32,000 nt of DNA from Mycobacterium tuberculosis H37Rv (GTDB lineage Bacteria > Actinomycetota > Actinomycetes > Mycobacteriales > Mycobacteriaceae). This document shows positions 10,847-20,004 of the stretch, piece by piece (within the stretch, counting starts at the first letter, position 1; each line of letters begins with the position of its first letter). The DNA is taken from contig NC_000962.3 in the NCBI RefSeq assembly GCF_000195955.2, positions 1,500,001 through 1,532,000 on the forward strand. The letters are read 5' to 3'. The position numbers and the translations under genes are program-made. The notes below the pieces were generated by a model. It saw nothing but the letters and a program-made list of their open reading frames with translations, ran no database searches and was not told where the DNA came from.

Positions 10847-12006
10847 TGACGGCCGGCTCCGACCTCGACGACTTCCGCGGTTTGCTCGCCAAAGCGTTCG
10901 ACGAGCGGGTGGTGGCATGGACCGCAGAAGCGGAAGCGCAGGAACGTTTTCCGCGCCAGTTGATCGAACACCTGGGTGTCTGCGGCGTATTCGATGCGAA
11001 GTGGGCGACCGACGCCCGTCCCGACGTCGGTAAACTCGTCGAACTCGCTTTCGCGTTGGGCCAGCTGGCCTCTGCCGGCATCGGTGTGGGTGTCAGCTTG
11101 CATGACTCGGCGATCGCGATTTTGCGCCGGTTTGGTAAGTCGGACTACTTGCGGGATATCTGCGATCAGGCGATCCGTGGCGCCGCGGTGCTGTGCATCG
11201 GAGCCTCGGAGGAGTCCGGCGGATCCGACCTGCAGATCGTCGAAACCGAGATACGGTCCCGTGACGGTGGTTTCGAGGTCCGCGGCGTCAAGAAATTCGT
11301 GTCGCTGTCTCCGATCGCCGACCACATCATGGTGGTGGCCCGCAGCGTCGACCACGATCCGACCAGTAGGCACGGCAATGTCGCGGTCGTGGCCGTGCCG
11401 GCCGCACAAGTCAGCGTGCAGACCCCCTACCGCAAGGTCGGTGCGGGACCGCTGGATACCGCCGCGGTCTGCATCGACACCTGGGTACCGGCCGATGCAC
11501 TGGTTGCGCGGGCCGGCACGGGGCTGGCAGCCATCAGTTGGGGACTGGCTCATGAGCGGATGTCGATCGCCGGGCAGATCGCAGCGTCGTGTCAACGGGC
11601 GATCGGAATCACCCTGGCCCGCATGATGAGTCGACGTCAGTTCGGTCAGACGCTGTTCGAACACCAGGCGCTGCGGCTGCGTATGGCGGACCTGCAGGCG
11701 CGTGTCGATCTGCTGCGGTACGCGCTGCACGGCATCGCTGAACAGGGGAGACTGGAACTGCGCACGGCGGCAGCGGTCAAAGTCACCGCCGCCCGGCTCG
11801 GTGAGGAAGTCATCTCCGAATGCATGCACATCTTCGGTGGGGCGGGTTATCTTGTCGACGAAACGACGCTTGGCAAATGGTGGCGGGACATGAAGCTCGC
11901 CCGGGTCGGCGGCGGCACCGACGAGGTGCTGTGGGAATTGGTGGCTGCCGGCATGACGCCCGATCACGACGGTTACGCAGCCGTGGTCGGAGCTTCCAAA
12001 GCGTAG
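10846..12006 (+). CDS. mbtN: Acyl-ACP/acyl-CoA dehydrogenase (FadE14)
   Basis: The ATG at 10846 shares one nucleotide with the mbtM TGA (cTGATGa), giving 386 aa. ACAD blocks are present, including [33 protein letters not shown]. The longer track ORF (10732) lies inside mbtM. Confidence 0.92.
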
Positions 12007-12605
12007 AGCGCCATGCGCCGGTTTGTCGTGTCATGCTCACCGAGGAACTTGCATCCGGCCCACTCACACAACCGACGGGTCGCGGTGTTGCGGTGATCGG
12101 GGTCGAACATGATCCGCCGGCAACGCGGCTCGTTGGCAAAGACGCTGGCCACGATCCGCGGTAGCAGCAGCGGGCCGAAGCCCCGATTGACCTTCGACAA
12201 GTCCGCGATGGCCGCGTGCAGCCCCAAATCGTAGGGGTCTGCGTCGTAGTAGTGAGAAATCAAATCCTTTGCTGCCCAGTATAATTCGAGATAACCACCA
12301 TCTGTTCCGTGCCAGCTGCCGATCAATGGCAACGAATAGGTTCCCTCAAGTTGGGCGTTCAGGTGTTGACGCCAACGTGACGCCGGCCAGTCGTACTCCC
12401 AGGCCGCCGCCAGATGAGGACGGTTCATCCACTCCGCCAACATCTCCGCGTCGGTCAGCTGTGCGACCCGCAACCCGTATGGCGGCTCCAACGATGGAAC
12501 GGGCGGGCGGGCGAGGCGTCGTACCTGGTCAGGTAGGTCGAATCGCTCGCGGGCTAGCCGAACCAGCGCGTCGTCGGCCTGGCCAGCGGATGTGGGTTTG
12601 GTCAT
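11973..12605 (-). CDS. mbtK: Lysine N-acyltransferase (IucB/GNAT-like) of mycobactin assembly
   Basis: The ORF is 210 aa with blocks such as [11 protein letters not shown] and [29 protein letters not shown], typical of siderophore hydroxylysine acyltransferases. Its 3' end overlaps the mbtN 3' end by 34 nt. Confidence 0.92.
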
Positions 12606-12636
12606 TGCGGGCCGAGCTTACCGGAGGGCTCGCTGC

Positions 12637-12655
12637 TTAGGTTAGGCATGCCATA
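12637..12655. promoter_or_regulatory. Candidate IdeR iron box upstream of mbtK
   Basis: TTAGGTTAGGCATGCCATA matches the recalled consensus TTAGGTTAGGCTAACCTAA at 14/19 positions, and the first 11 nt are identical. It lies about 30 bp from the mbtK start on the other strand. The minus-strand reading contains a TAACCT -10-like hexamer. Confidence 0.7.
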
Positions 12656-12727
12656 CATGCGTGAGCCGGGATCACGTCGCCCGCTGCCCGGCTGTCCGGG
12701 GGTCGAGGCGGTACGATCGCTACGCCC

Positions 12728-12811
12728 GCGGGCGTGATGAAATTGGCAAACATGCCGGTTTTAGGTGCCGGTGCTCGAAAGAGTTTGAGGGTTCGAGTCC
12801 CTCCGCCCGCA
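12728..12811 (+). tRNA. tRNA-Leu, anticodon UAG, class II (long variable arm); CCA not encoded
   Basis: The cloverleaf was folded by hand. The acceptor is GCGGGCG/CGCCCGC (7 bp) followed by U8. The D stem is AUG/CAU with loop AAAUUGGCAAA. The anticodon stem is CCGGU/GCCGG with loop UUUAGGU, giving U33, anticodon UAG and G37. The variable arm is UGCUCGAAAGAGUUU with a GCUC-GAAA-GAGU hairpin. The T arm is GAGGG-UUCGAGU-CCCUC and the discriminator is A. A TACGAT -10-like hexamer lies at 12712-12717. Confidence 0.9.
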
Positions 12812-12828
12812 CTCCATGGTCCCCGAGT

Positions 12829-12857
12829 TTGACCTTCGGTAAGGCAACCCTTAGTTT
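12829..12857 (+). promoter_or_regulatory. Candidate irtA promoter TTGACC-N17-TAGTTT with an embedded IdeR iron box (12835-12853)
   Basis: The -35 is TTGACC (12829-12834) and the -10 is TAGTTT (12852-12857). The 19-mer TTCGGTAAGGCAACCCTTA between them matches the recalled iron-box consensus at 14/19 positions and overlaps the -10. Confidence 0.6.
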
Positions 12858-13046
12858 GGACGAGATCGTCCGACTGGGGCCGACTGGGTTGTATGCGCGG
12901 GCTGAGTATCAGCGCGGTCGCGGCGCAGCTCGGGGTATCGGCGGAGCGCGACGCCGTTGCACGCCGGTTGGCCGGTAACCCAGCGTTCGTGGTCGCCCGA
13001 TCTGAGAAGTCGTGGCGGATTAGGCCGCCGCGAGAGAGGACCGCTG

Positions 13047-15626
13047 ATGGCACGCGGGTTGCAGGGTGTGATGTTGCGCAGTTTCGGCGCGCGCGACCAC
13101 ACCGCAACGGTGATCGAAACCATTTCGATTGCACCGCATTTCGTGCGGGTCCGGATGGTTTCGCCGACGCTCTTCCAGGATGCGGAGGCTGAGCCCGCCG
13201 CATGGCTGCGGTTCTGGTTCCCCGACCCGAACGGGTCCAACACCGAGTTCCAGCGCGCCTATACGATCTCCGAAGCTGACCCCGCCGCGGGCCGCTTCGC
13301 GGTCGACGTTGTATTGCATGACCCGGCGGGTCCGGCCTCGTCGTGGGCGCGCACCGTCAAACCTGGCGCAACCATAGCGGTCATGTCGCTGATGGGCTCA
13401 TCGCGGTTCGACGTGCCCGAGGAGCAGCCCGCCGGGTATCTGCTAATCGGCGACTCGGCGTCGATTCCGGGGATGAACGGGATCATCGAAACGGTCCCGA
13501 ACGACGTCCCGATCGAGATGTACCTTGAACAACACGACGACAACGACACGTTGATCCCGCTCGCAAAGCATCCCCGGCTGCGGGTGCGCTGGGTTATGCG
13601 CCGCGACGAGAAATCGCTGGCCGAGGCGATCGAGAACCGCGACTGGTCGGACTGGTATGCGTGGGCGACGCCAGAGGCTGCCGCGCTGAAATGCGTCCGG
13701 GTGCGGCTGCGCGACGAGTTCGGGTTCCCTAAGTCCGAGATCCACGCTCAGGCTTACTGGAACGCCGGGCGTGCCATGGGCACCCACCGAGCAACCGAAC
13801 CGGCGGCCACCGAACCTGAGGTGGGCGCAGCCCCGCAGCCAGAATCGGCGGTGCCTGCCCCGGCGCGTGGCAGCTGGCGCGCTCAGGCTGCCAGCCGGCT
13901 GCTGGCGCCGCTAAAGCTGCCGCTGGTGCTCTCGGGTGTGCTTGCGGCTCTGGTCACGCTGGCGCAGTTGGCGCCGTTCGTGCTGTTGGTCGAGCTGTCA
14001 AGGCTGCTGGTCTCCGGCGCCGGCGCGCACCGGTTGTTCACGGTCGGGTTCGCCGCGGTGGGGTTGCTGGGGACCGGGGCCTTGCTGGCAGCCGCCCTCA
14101 CGCTGTGGCTGCACGTGATCGATGCCCGCTTCGCCAGGGCGTTGCGCTTGCGGCTGCTGAGCAAGCTGTCCCGGTTGCCGCTGGGCTGGTTCACCAGCCG
14201 CGGGTCCGGATCGATCAAAAAATTGGTCACCGACGACACGCTGGCGTTGCACTACTTGGTCACCCATGCCGTTCCGGACGCGGTCGCCGCGGTTGTCGCC
14301 CCGGTGGGGGTGCTGGTCTATCTGTTCGTCGTGGACTGGCGAGTGGCGCTGGTCTTGTTCGGGCCGGTTCTGGTCTACCTGACCATCACGTCATCGCTCA
14401 CGATCCAATCCGGGCCCCGCATTGTTCAAGCGCAGCGGTGGGCAGAGAAGATGAACGGCGAAGCGGGTAGTTACCTCGAGGGTCAGCCGGTGATTCGCGT
14501 CTTCGGCGCCGCGTCATCGAGCTTCCGTCGCCGGTTGGACGAGTACATCGGATTCCTGGTCGCCTGGCAGCGGCCGCTGGCCGGCAAGAAAACCCTGATG
14601 GATCTGGCCACTCGCCCAGCAACGTTCCTGTGGCTCATCGCCGCTACCGGCACCTTGTTGGTAGCCACGCATCGAATGGATCCGGTGAATTTGTTGCCGT
14701 TCATGTTCTTGGGTACCACGTTCGGTGCCCGCCTGCTCGGGATCGCCTACGGGCTCGGCGGCCTACGCACGGGACTTCTGGCGGCCCGGCACCTGCAAGT
14801 CACACTCGACGAAACCGAACTCGCCGTGCGGGAACATCCGCGCGAACCGCTCGACGGCGAGGCGCCAGCAACTGTGGTGTTCGACCACGTCACCTTCGGG
14901 TACCGCCCTGGAGTGCCGGTGATCCAGGATGTATCGCTTACGCTGCGGCCGGGCACGGTCACCGCGCTCGTCGGCCCGTCCGGCTCCGGCAAGTCGACAC
15001 TGGCCACCCTGCTGGCTCGATTCCACGATGTCGAGCGAGGTGCGATACGCGTTGGTGGACAGGATATTCGATCACTGGCCGCGGACGAGCTGTACACGCG
15101 AGTCGGCTTTGTGCTACAGGAAGCCCAGCTTGTGCATGGCACCGCCGCCGAAAACATCGCGCTGGCGGTACCGGATGCCCCCGCCGAACAGGTCCAGGTC
15201 GCGGCCCGCGAAGCGCAAATCCACGACCGGGTGCTTCGGCTGCCGGACGGCTACGATACCGTGCTCGGAGCCAACAGTGGTCTTTCGGGCGGGGAGCGAC
15301 AGCGGCTCACCATTGCCCGTGCCATCCTCGGCGACACTCCGGTCCTCATCCTCGACGAGGCCACCGCGTTTGCCGATCCGGAATCGGAATACCTTGTGCA
15401 ACAGGCGCTTAACCGGCTGACCCGGGACCGCACCGTGCTGGTAATCGCCCATCGACTGCATACCATCACCCGGGCCGACCAGATCGTCGTGCTCGATCAT
15501 GGTCGGATCGTCGAACGCGGCACCCACGAGGAGTTGCTTGCCGCGGGCGGACGCTACTGCCGGCTGTGGGACACCGGCCAGGGCAGCCGGGTGGCGGTCG
15601 CCGCAGCGCAGGACGGCACCCGATGA
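13047..15626 (+). CDS. irtA: Iron-regulated siderophore ABC transporter subunit IrtA (N-terminal FAD-binding siderophore-interacting domain + TMD + NBD), 859 aa
   Basis: The ATG at 13047 is preceded by GAGAGAGGA. The N-terminal SIP/ferric reductase fold carries the RAYTIS motif. Six TM helices follow, then Walker [10 protein letters not shown], signature LSGGERQR and Walker B LILDEAT. The 30-codon 5' extension in the track ORF is Arg/Gly-rich and unsupported. Confidence 0.95.
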
Positions 15627-17362
15627 TCCGCACCTGGATAGCCCTTGTTCCGAACGACCACCGCGCCAGGCTAATCGGCTTTGCGCTGCTCGCGTTTTGT
15701 TCCGTTGTCGCGCGAGCGGTGGGCACCGTGTTGCTGGTGCCGCTGATGGCGGCGTTGTTCGGGGAGGCGCCGCAGCGCGCGTGGCTGTGGCTGGGCTGGC
15801 TGTCCGCCGCGACCGTGGCCGGGTGGGTGCTAGACGCCGTGACCGCACGCATCGGTATCGAGCTGGGTTTCGCCGTCCTTAACCACACCCAACATGATGT
15901 GGCGGACCGGCTTCCGGTTGTCCGGTTGGATTGGTTTACCGCCGAAAACACCGCGACGGCACGGCAGGCGATCGCGGCCACCGGGCCGGAACTTGTTGGC
16001 CTGGTGGTTAATCTGGTGACACCGTTGACCAGCGCGATCCTGCTGCCGGCAGTGATCGCGCTGGCCCTGTTGCCGATCTCCTGGCAGCTCGGCGTGGCTG
16101 CACTGGCCGGCGTGCCGTTGCTGCTGGGGGCGCTGTGGGCCTCCGCAGCCTTTGCGCGGCGTGCCGATACCGCAGCAGACAAAGCCAATACCGCGCTCAC
16201 CGAACGGATTATCGAGTTCGCTCGGACTCAACAGGCATTGCGGGCCGCCCGGCGCGTCGAGCCGGCTCGAAGTCTGGTCGGCAACGCTCTGGCCAGCCAG
16301 CACACCGCGACGATGCGGTTGCTGGGCATGCAGATACCGGGCCAGCTGTTGTTCAGCATCGCCAGCCAACTGGCTTTGATCGTGCTCGCCGGCACCACCG
16401 CGGCGCTGACCATCACGGGAACGCTCACGGTTCCCGAGGCCATCGCCCTGATCGTGGTGATGGTCCGTTACCTCGAGCCGTTCACCGCTGTCAGCGAGTT
16501 GGCGCCGGCCCTCGAGAGCACCCGCGCGACCCTGGGGCGCATCGGATCGGTGCTTACCGCACCGGTCATGGTGGCCGGGTCTGGCACGTGGCGTGACGGC
16601 GCCGTGGTCCCGCGTATCGAGTTCGACGACGTCGCCTTCGGCTACGACGGCGGCAGCGGGCCGGTCCTCGACGGGGTCAGCTTCTGCTTGCAGCCGGGAA
16701 CCACGACGGCGATCGTCGGACCGTCTGGCTGCGGAAAGAGCACGATCCTGGCGCTGATCGCGGGCCTGCACCAGCCCACTCGCGGTCGTGTCCTCATCGA
16801 CGGCACCGATGTCGCGACGCTGGATGCCCGGGCGCAGCAGGCGGTCTGCAGTGTCGTGTTCCAACATCCTTACCTGTTCCACGGGACGATCCGCGACAAC
16901 GTGTTCGCTGCAGACCCGGGCGCTAGTGACGATCAGTTTGCGCAAGCCGTCCGGCTGGCGCGGGTGGACGAGCTCATCGCCAGGCTGCCAGACGGCGCAA
17001 ACACAATCGTTGGCGAAGCCGGCTCGGCGCTGTCCGGCGGCGAGCGGCAACGCGTAAGCATCGCACGGGCTCTGCTGAAAGCCGCTCCGGTGCTACTGGT
17101 CGACGAGGCGACCAGCGCACTGGACGCCGAGAATGAGGCCGCGGTGGTCGACGCGCTTGCGGCCGATCCGCGATCACGCACCCGGGTGATCGTCGCCCAT
17201 CGGTTGGCAAGCATCCGTCATGCCGACCGCGTCCTGTTTGTTGACGATGGCCGAGTGGTCGAGGACGGTTCGATCTCCGAGTTGCTCACCGCGGGTGGGC
17301 GTTTCAGTCAGTTCTGGCGCCAACAGCACGAGGCCGCCGAGTGGCAGATCCTCGCCGAGTAA
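15623..17362 (+). CDS. irtB: Iron-regulated siderophore ABC transporter subunit IrtB (TMD + NBD), 579 aa
   Basis: The ATG at 15623 overlaps the irtA TGA as ATGA. Motifs are Walker [10 protein letters not shown], signature LSGGERQR and Walker B LLVDEAT. Confidence 0.95.
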
Positions 17363-17378
17363 CGCGAGAAACCACCGC

Positions 17379-17468
17379 GCCACGCAGATAGCCACTTCCT
17401 CCGTGAATCTGCATCGCGAGGTCGGCCACCTTGCCAGCTAGTTCGGTGTAGAAGAGCTTCGCCGCCGA
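17379..17468 (-). pseudogene. Relic of an acyl-CoA dehydrogenase C-terminal domain (about 30 codons)
   Basis: The minus-strand reading [30 protein letters not shown] is the conserved ACAD helix plus the QxHGGxGY block. There is no start codon and no upstream or downstream continuation. It fills most of the 128-bp irtB-fabG2 spacer. Confidence 0.7.
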
Positions 17469-17478
17469 CGGTGCAAAA

Positions 17479-17484
17479 TATGAT
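17479..17484 (+). promoter_or_regulatory. Candidate -10 hexamer (TATGAT) for a leaderless fabG2 transcript
   Basis: The hexamer fits TANNNT and its last T lies 7 nt before the A of the fabG2 ATG (17491). No Shine-Dalgarno sequence is present. The local tract is AT-rich (aaaatatgatatt). Confidence 0.4.
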
Positions 17485-17490
17485 ATTCGC

Positions 17491-18234
17491 ATGGCGTCAT
17501 TGCTGAACGCTCGGACTGCCGTAATTACCGGCGGTGCACAAGGGCTGGGGTTAGCTATCGGCCAGCGATTCGTTGCCGAGGGTGCACGGGTTGTGCTTGG
17601 TGATGTGAATCTCGAAGCGACCGAGGTCGCAGCCAAGCGGCTGGGCGGCGATGACGTTGCTCTGGCGGTGCGGTGCGATGTGACTCAAGCCGACGACGTC
17701 GACATCCTCATCCGGACCGCTGTCGAGCGTTTCGGCGGTCTGGATGTCATGGTCAACAACGCCGGGATCACCCGCGACGCAACGATGCGCACGATGACCG
17801 AAGAGCAGTTCGATCAGGTCATCGCGGTGCATCTGAAGGGAACATGGAACGGTACCCGGCTGGCGGCGGCAATCATGCGGGAACGCAAGCGGGGCGCCAT
17901 TGTGAACATGTCTTCGGTGTCAGGCAAGGTCGGTATGGTCGGCCAAACCAACTACTCAGCGGCCAAGGCCGGCATCGTAGGAATGACCAAGGCGGCCGCC
18001 AAAGAACTTGCACACCTCGGCATTCGGGTAAACGCAATAGCTCCGGGGTTGATCCGTTCAGCGATGACAGAAGCTATGCCGCAACGCATTTGGGACCAGA
18101 AGCTTGCCGAAGTTCCGATGGGTCGCGCCGGCGAGCCCAGCGAAGTCGCTAGCGTGGCCGTGTTCTTGGCTTCGGATCTATCCTCGTACATGACCGGCAC
18201 CGTGTTGGACGTGACTGGCGGCCGGTTCATATGA
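17491..18234 (+). CDS. fabG2: Short-chain dehydrogenase/reductase, 3-oxoacyl-ACP reductase type
   Basis: The ORF is 247 aa. The cofactor loop is [15 protein letters not shown] is present and the catalytic block is [13 protein letters not shown]. Confidence 0.94.
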
Positions 18235-18656
18235 CACCGAGATCATTGCCACGGTACGGCAATTCGTCAAGAAGGAAATCTTTCCCAATGCACCGGCCCT
18301 CGAACGTGGCAACAGCTACCCGCAAGAAATCGTCGATCGGCTGGGTGTTATTGGCTTGCTCGGTCGCCGGCTGCAAGGGTATCGACACCACCGAGTTCAT
18401 TCTCGGGCGTGCCGGCGCATTCGAGCTGGCGGTGCGCGCTGCCCAGCACCGTCATAGGTACTTGACGATGGTCAACGTCGGACGAGCGCCACCACGTCGC
18501 TGCCGAACGGTATGCATGGCGGCTACCGATACTCCGCGGAATATCAGATTGAACGGCTGATGCCTGATGCGCCCGTTGCTGCTCAGCGGAGCGGGAACCA
18601 GCGCGATCCAGAAGCCTCTGAGGACTCGAAGGCTGGCCTCCGGAGTCCATCGATGA
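18233..18656 (+). pseudogene. Decayed acyl-CoA dehydrogenase gene (N- and C-terminal blocks in three different frames, large internal deletion)
   Basis: Frame A from 18233 reads [44 protein letters not shown], the ACAD N-terminal helices. Frame B at 18512-18570 reads [21 protein letters not shown], the QxHGGxGY..EYPxERxxRDA block. Frame C at 18573-18656 reads PLLLSGAGTSAIQKPL...stop, the IYEGTxEIQ block. The 109-codon track ORF 18231..18560 threads through this wreck in yet another reading. Confidence 0.75.
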
Positions 18657-18762
18657 TGTGCAGTTGCATCGCGATTGCCGCCAGGGGCGTTGTCGCTTGA
18701 GCACATCTGGGCATAGGCTGCCATCTTGGAGGGCAGGCAACCTGCATGATAGGGAGGAGAAT

Positions 18763-19134
18763 ATGGCCCGCACGCTTGCGTTGCGCGCATCGGCGGGACT
18801 CGTCGCGGGTATGGCAATGGCCGCGATCACGCTCGCACCTGGGGCCCGCGCCGAAACCGGTGAGCAATTCCCCGGGGATGGGGTGTTTCTCGTGGGAACT
18901 GACATTGCGCCAGGCACCTACCGCACGGAGGGGCCGTCGAATCCCCTTATTTTGGTGTTCGGCAGGGTGTCCGAGCTCTCAACCTGCTCATGGTCGACAC
19001 ACAGCGCACCCGAGGTGAGCAATGAGAACATTGTCGACACCAACACCTCTATGGGCCCGATGTCAGTGGTGATCCCGCCGACCGTGGCAGCCTTCCAGAC
19101 GCATAACTGCAAGCTTTGGATGCGGATCTCATAG
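18763..19134 (+). CDS. Small secreted protein of unknown function (Rv1352-like, 123 aa)
   Basis: The ATG at 18763 is preceded by a strong Shine-Dalgarno, AGGGAGGAGA. The signal peptide is MARTLALRASAGLVAGMAMAAITLAPGARA with cleavage before ETGE. The mature part has two Cys. Confidence 0.85.
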   Translation: MARTLALRASAGLVAGMAMAAITLAPGARAETGEQFPGDGVFLVGTDIAPGTYRTEGPSNPLILVFGRVSELSTCSWSTHSAPEVSNENIVDTNTSMGPMSVVIPPTVAAFQTHNCKLWMRIS

Positions 19135-19135
19135 G

Positions 19136-19158
19136 GGCCGGCGTACCCGGTACCGGCC
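19136..19158. terminator. GC-rich hairpin between convergent genes (possible bidirectional terminator, no U-tract)
   Basis: GGCCGGCGTACCCGGTACCGGCC starts 2 nt after the Rv1352-like stop. The arms GGCCG/CGGCC plus GTAC/GTAC give about 9 bp with a bulge and a 3-nt loop. It lacks a T-run, so this is only a weak call. Confidence 0.3.
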
Positions 19159-19199
19159 GCGGGCCTACCACGTGCCGGAACTGGAAGCGCAGTAAGCCC

Positions 19200-19985
19200 T
19201 CAACGCGCCACCGCTTTGGCCCGCGCGCCCGGCGTAGGCGCATCGGCGGTGGCCGTGGGGCGGCGCACTGCGACCTCACCAGCGGCTTTCGAGCTTTGTT
19301 CGATCAACCGGCCAGCATGGTCGAGGATGCATTCGAGACCATATTCGAAATTGGTTTCATCGGGGGCCCCGATCCGATGCCCCCTCCCAGTTGCGTGAGC
19401 AAGCAGCGGAGTCGTCGCGGGATCGATGGCCACGGGGTGTTCAATGGCGGATGGTCCGCTGCCCGCCGACTGGCTCTTGCGGGAGAGCCGATCTAGCACC
19501 ACCGATCCGCGCACGTGGACCGAAACCGCCGAGTAGATGTCGAAAGCGTCTTCGAGCGACAGGCCCGCCGTCACCAGATTGGCGATGGCCTTCTCCATCT
19601 CTTGGGCGCCCAACCGCGCCGTTTTCGGGGACAGCGCCGCTCGAATCAGTATCAGATCGCACAGTACGGGGTTGTCCGCGAACGTCTTCCGCATCGAGCG
19701 GGCATGATTGCGCAACGTTTCGCGCCAGTCGCCGGCTTCGATGTACGGGGTAGCGAACACGTACTTGCTCAAAGCGCGGTCGGTCATCGCGTTGAGCAGA
19801 TCGTCCTTCTTGCGGAAGTACCAGTAGATGCTGGTGACCCCGACGCCAAGGTGTTTGCCGAGCAATGGCATGCTCAAGTTGTCTATCGATACCTGCTGGG
19901 CGAGTTCGAATGCGCCGCTGATGATGTCCTCGGGGTTGATGGATCCGCGCTGCCGTCGTTGACGCTTGCCTGGGGTTGTCTGCAT
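19200..19985 (-). CDS. TetR-family transcriptional regulator (Rv1353c-like, 261 aa)
   Basis: The ATG at 19985 gives MQTTPGKRQRRQRGSINPEDIISGAFELAQQVSIDNLSMPLLGKHLGVGVTSIYWYFRKKDDLL, a TetR N-terminal HTH. The 45-codon extension in the track ORF would overlap the upstream gene. Confidence 0.9.
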   Translation of the reverse strand: MQTTPGKRQRRQRGSINPEDIISGAFELAQQVSIDNLSMPLLGKHLGVGVTSIYWYFRKKDDLLNAMTDRALSKYVFATPYIEAGDWRETLRNHARSMRKTFADNPVLCDLILIRAALSPKTARLGAQEMEKAIANLVTAGLSLEDAFDIYSAVSVHVRGSVVLDRLSRKSQSAGSGPSAIEHPVAIDPATTPLLAHATGRGHRIGAPDETNFEYGLECILDHAGRLIEQSSKAAGEVAVRRPTATADAPTPGARAKAVAR

Positions 19986-20004
19986 TGCCGTTACGGCACC
20001 TCCA

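Noticed and set aside
10483-11967. 494-aa minus-strand ORF antisense to mbtM/mbtN
   Set aside because: It has no recognisable motif and an Arg/Asp/Gly-rich composition. It fully overlaps an ACAD gene whose frame carries all family blocks.
12957-13046. 5' extensions offered by the ORF track for irtA (12957), irtB (15566), rph (6644), mbtN (10732), the Rv1352-like gene (18658) and the TetR gene (to 20120)
   Set aside because: Each extension overlaps the preceding gene or an SD/operator and is compositionally non-coding. The internal starts have SD sequences or stop/start coupling and give family-typical N-termini.
12661-13203. Several ORFs (12661..12978 +, 12637..13203 -, 12851..13243 -) filling the mbtK-irtA spacer
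   Set aside because: They run straight through a well-folded tRNA and two operator-like sites, and their translations are Arg/Pro-rich.
15830-17050. 406-aa minus-strand ORF antisense to irtB
   Set aside because: It is a shadow ORF: Arg/Gly/Asp-rich text with no family signal. The plus frame contains the Walker A, signature and Walker B motifs.
18231-18560. 109-codon ORF coupled (ATGA) to the fabG2 stop, the kind of ORF that gets called a hypothetical protein
   Set aside because: The same DNA reads as ACAD N- and C-terminal blocks in other frames, and the ORF's own translation is Arg/Cys-rich with no domain. I treat it as a by-product of a pseudogene rather than a gene, but only expression or conservation data can settle it.
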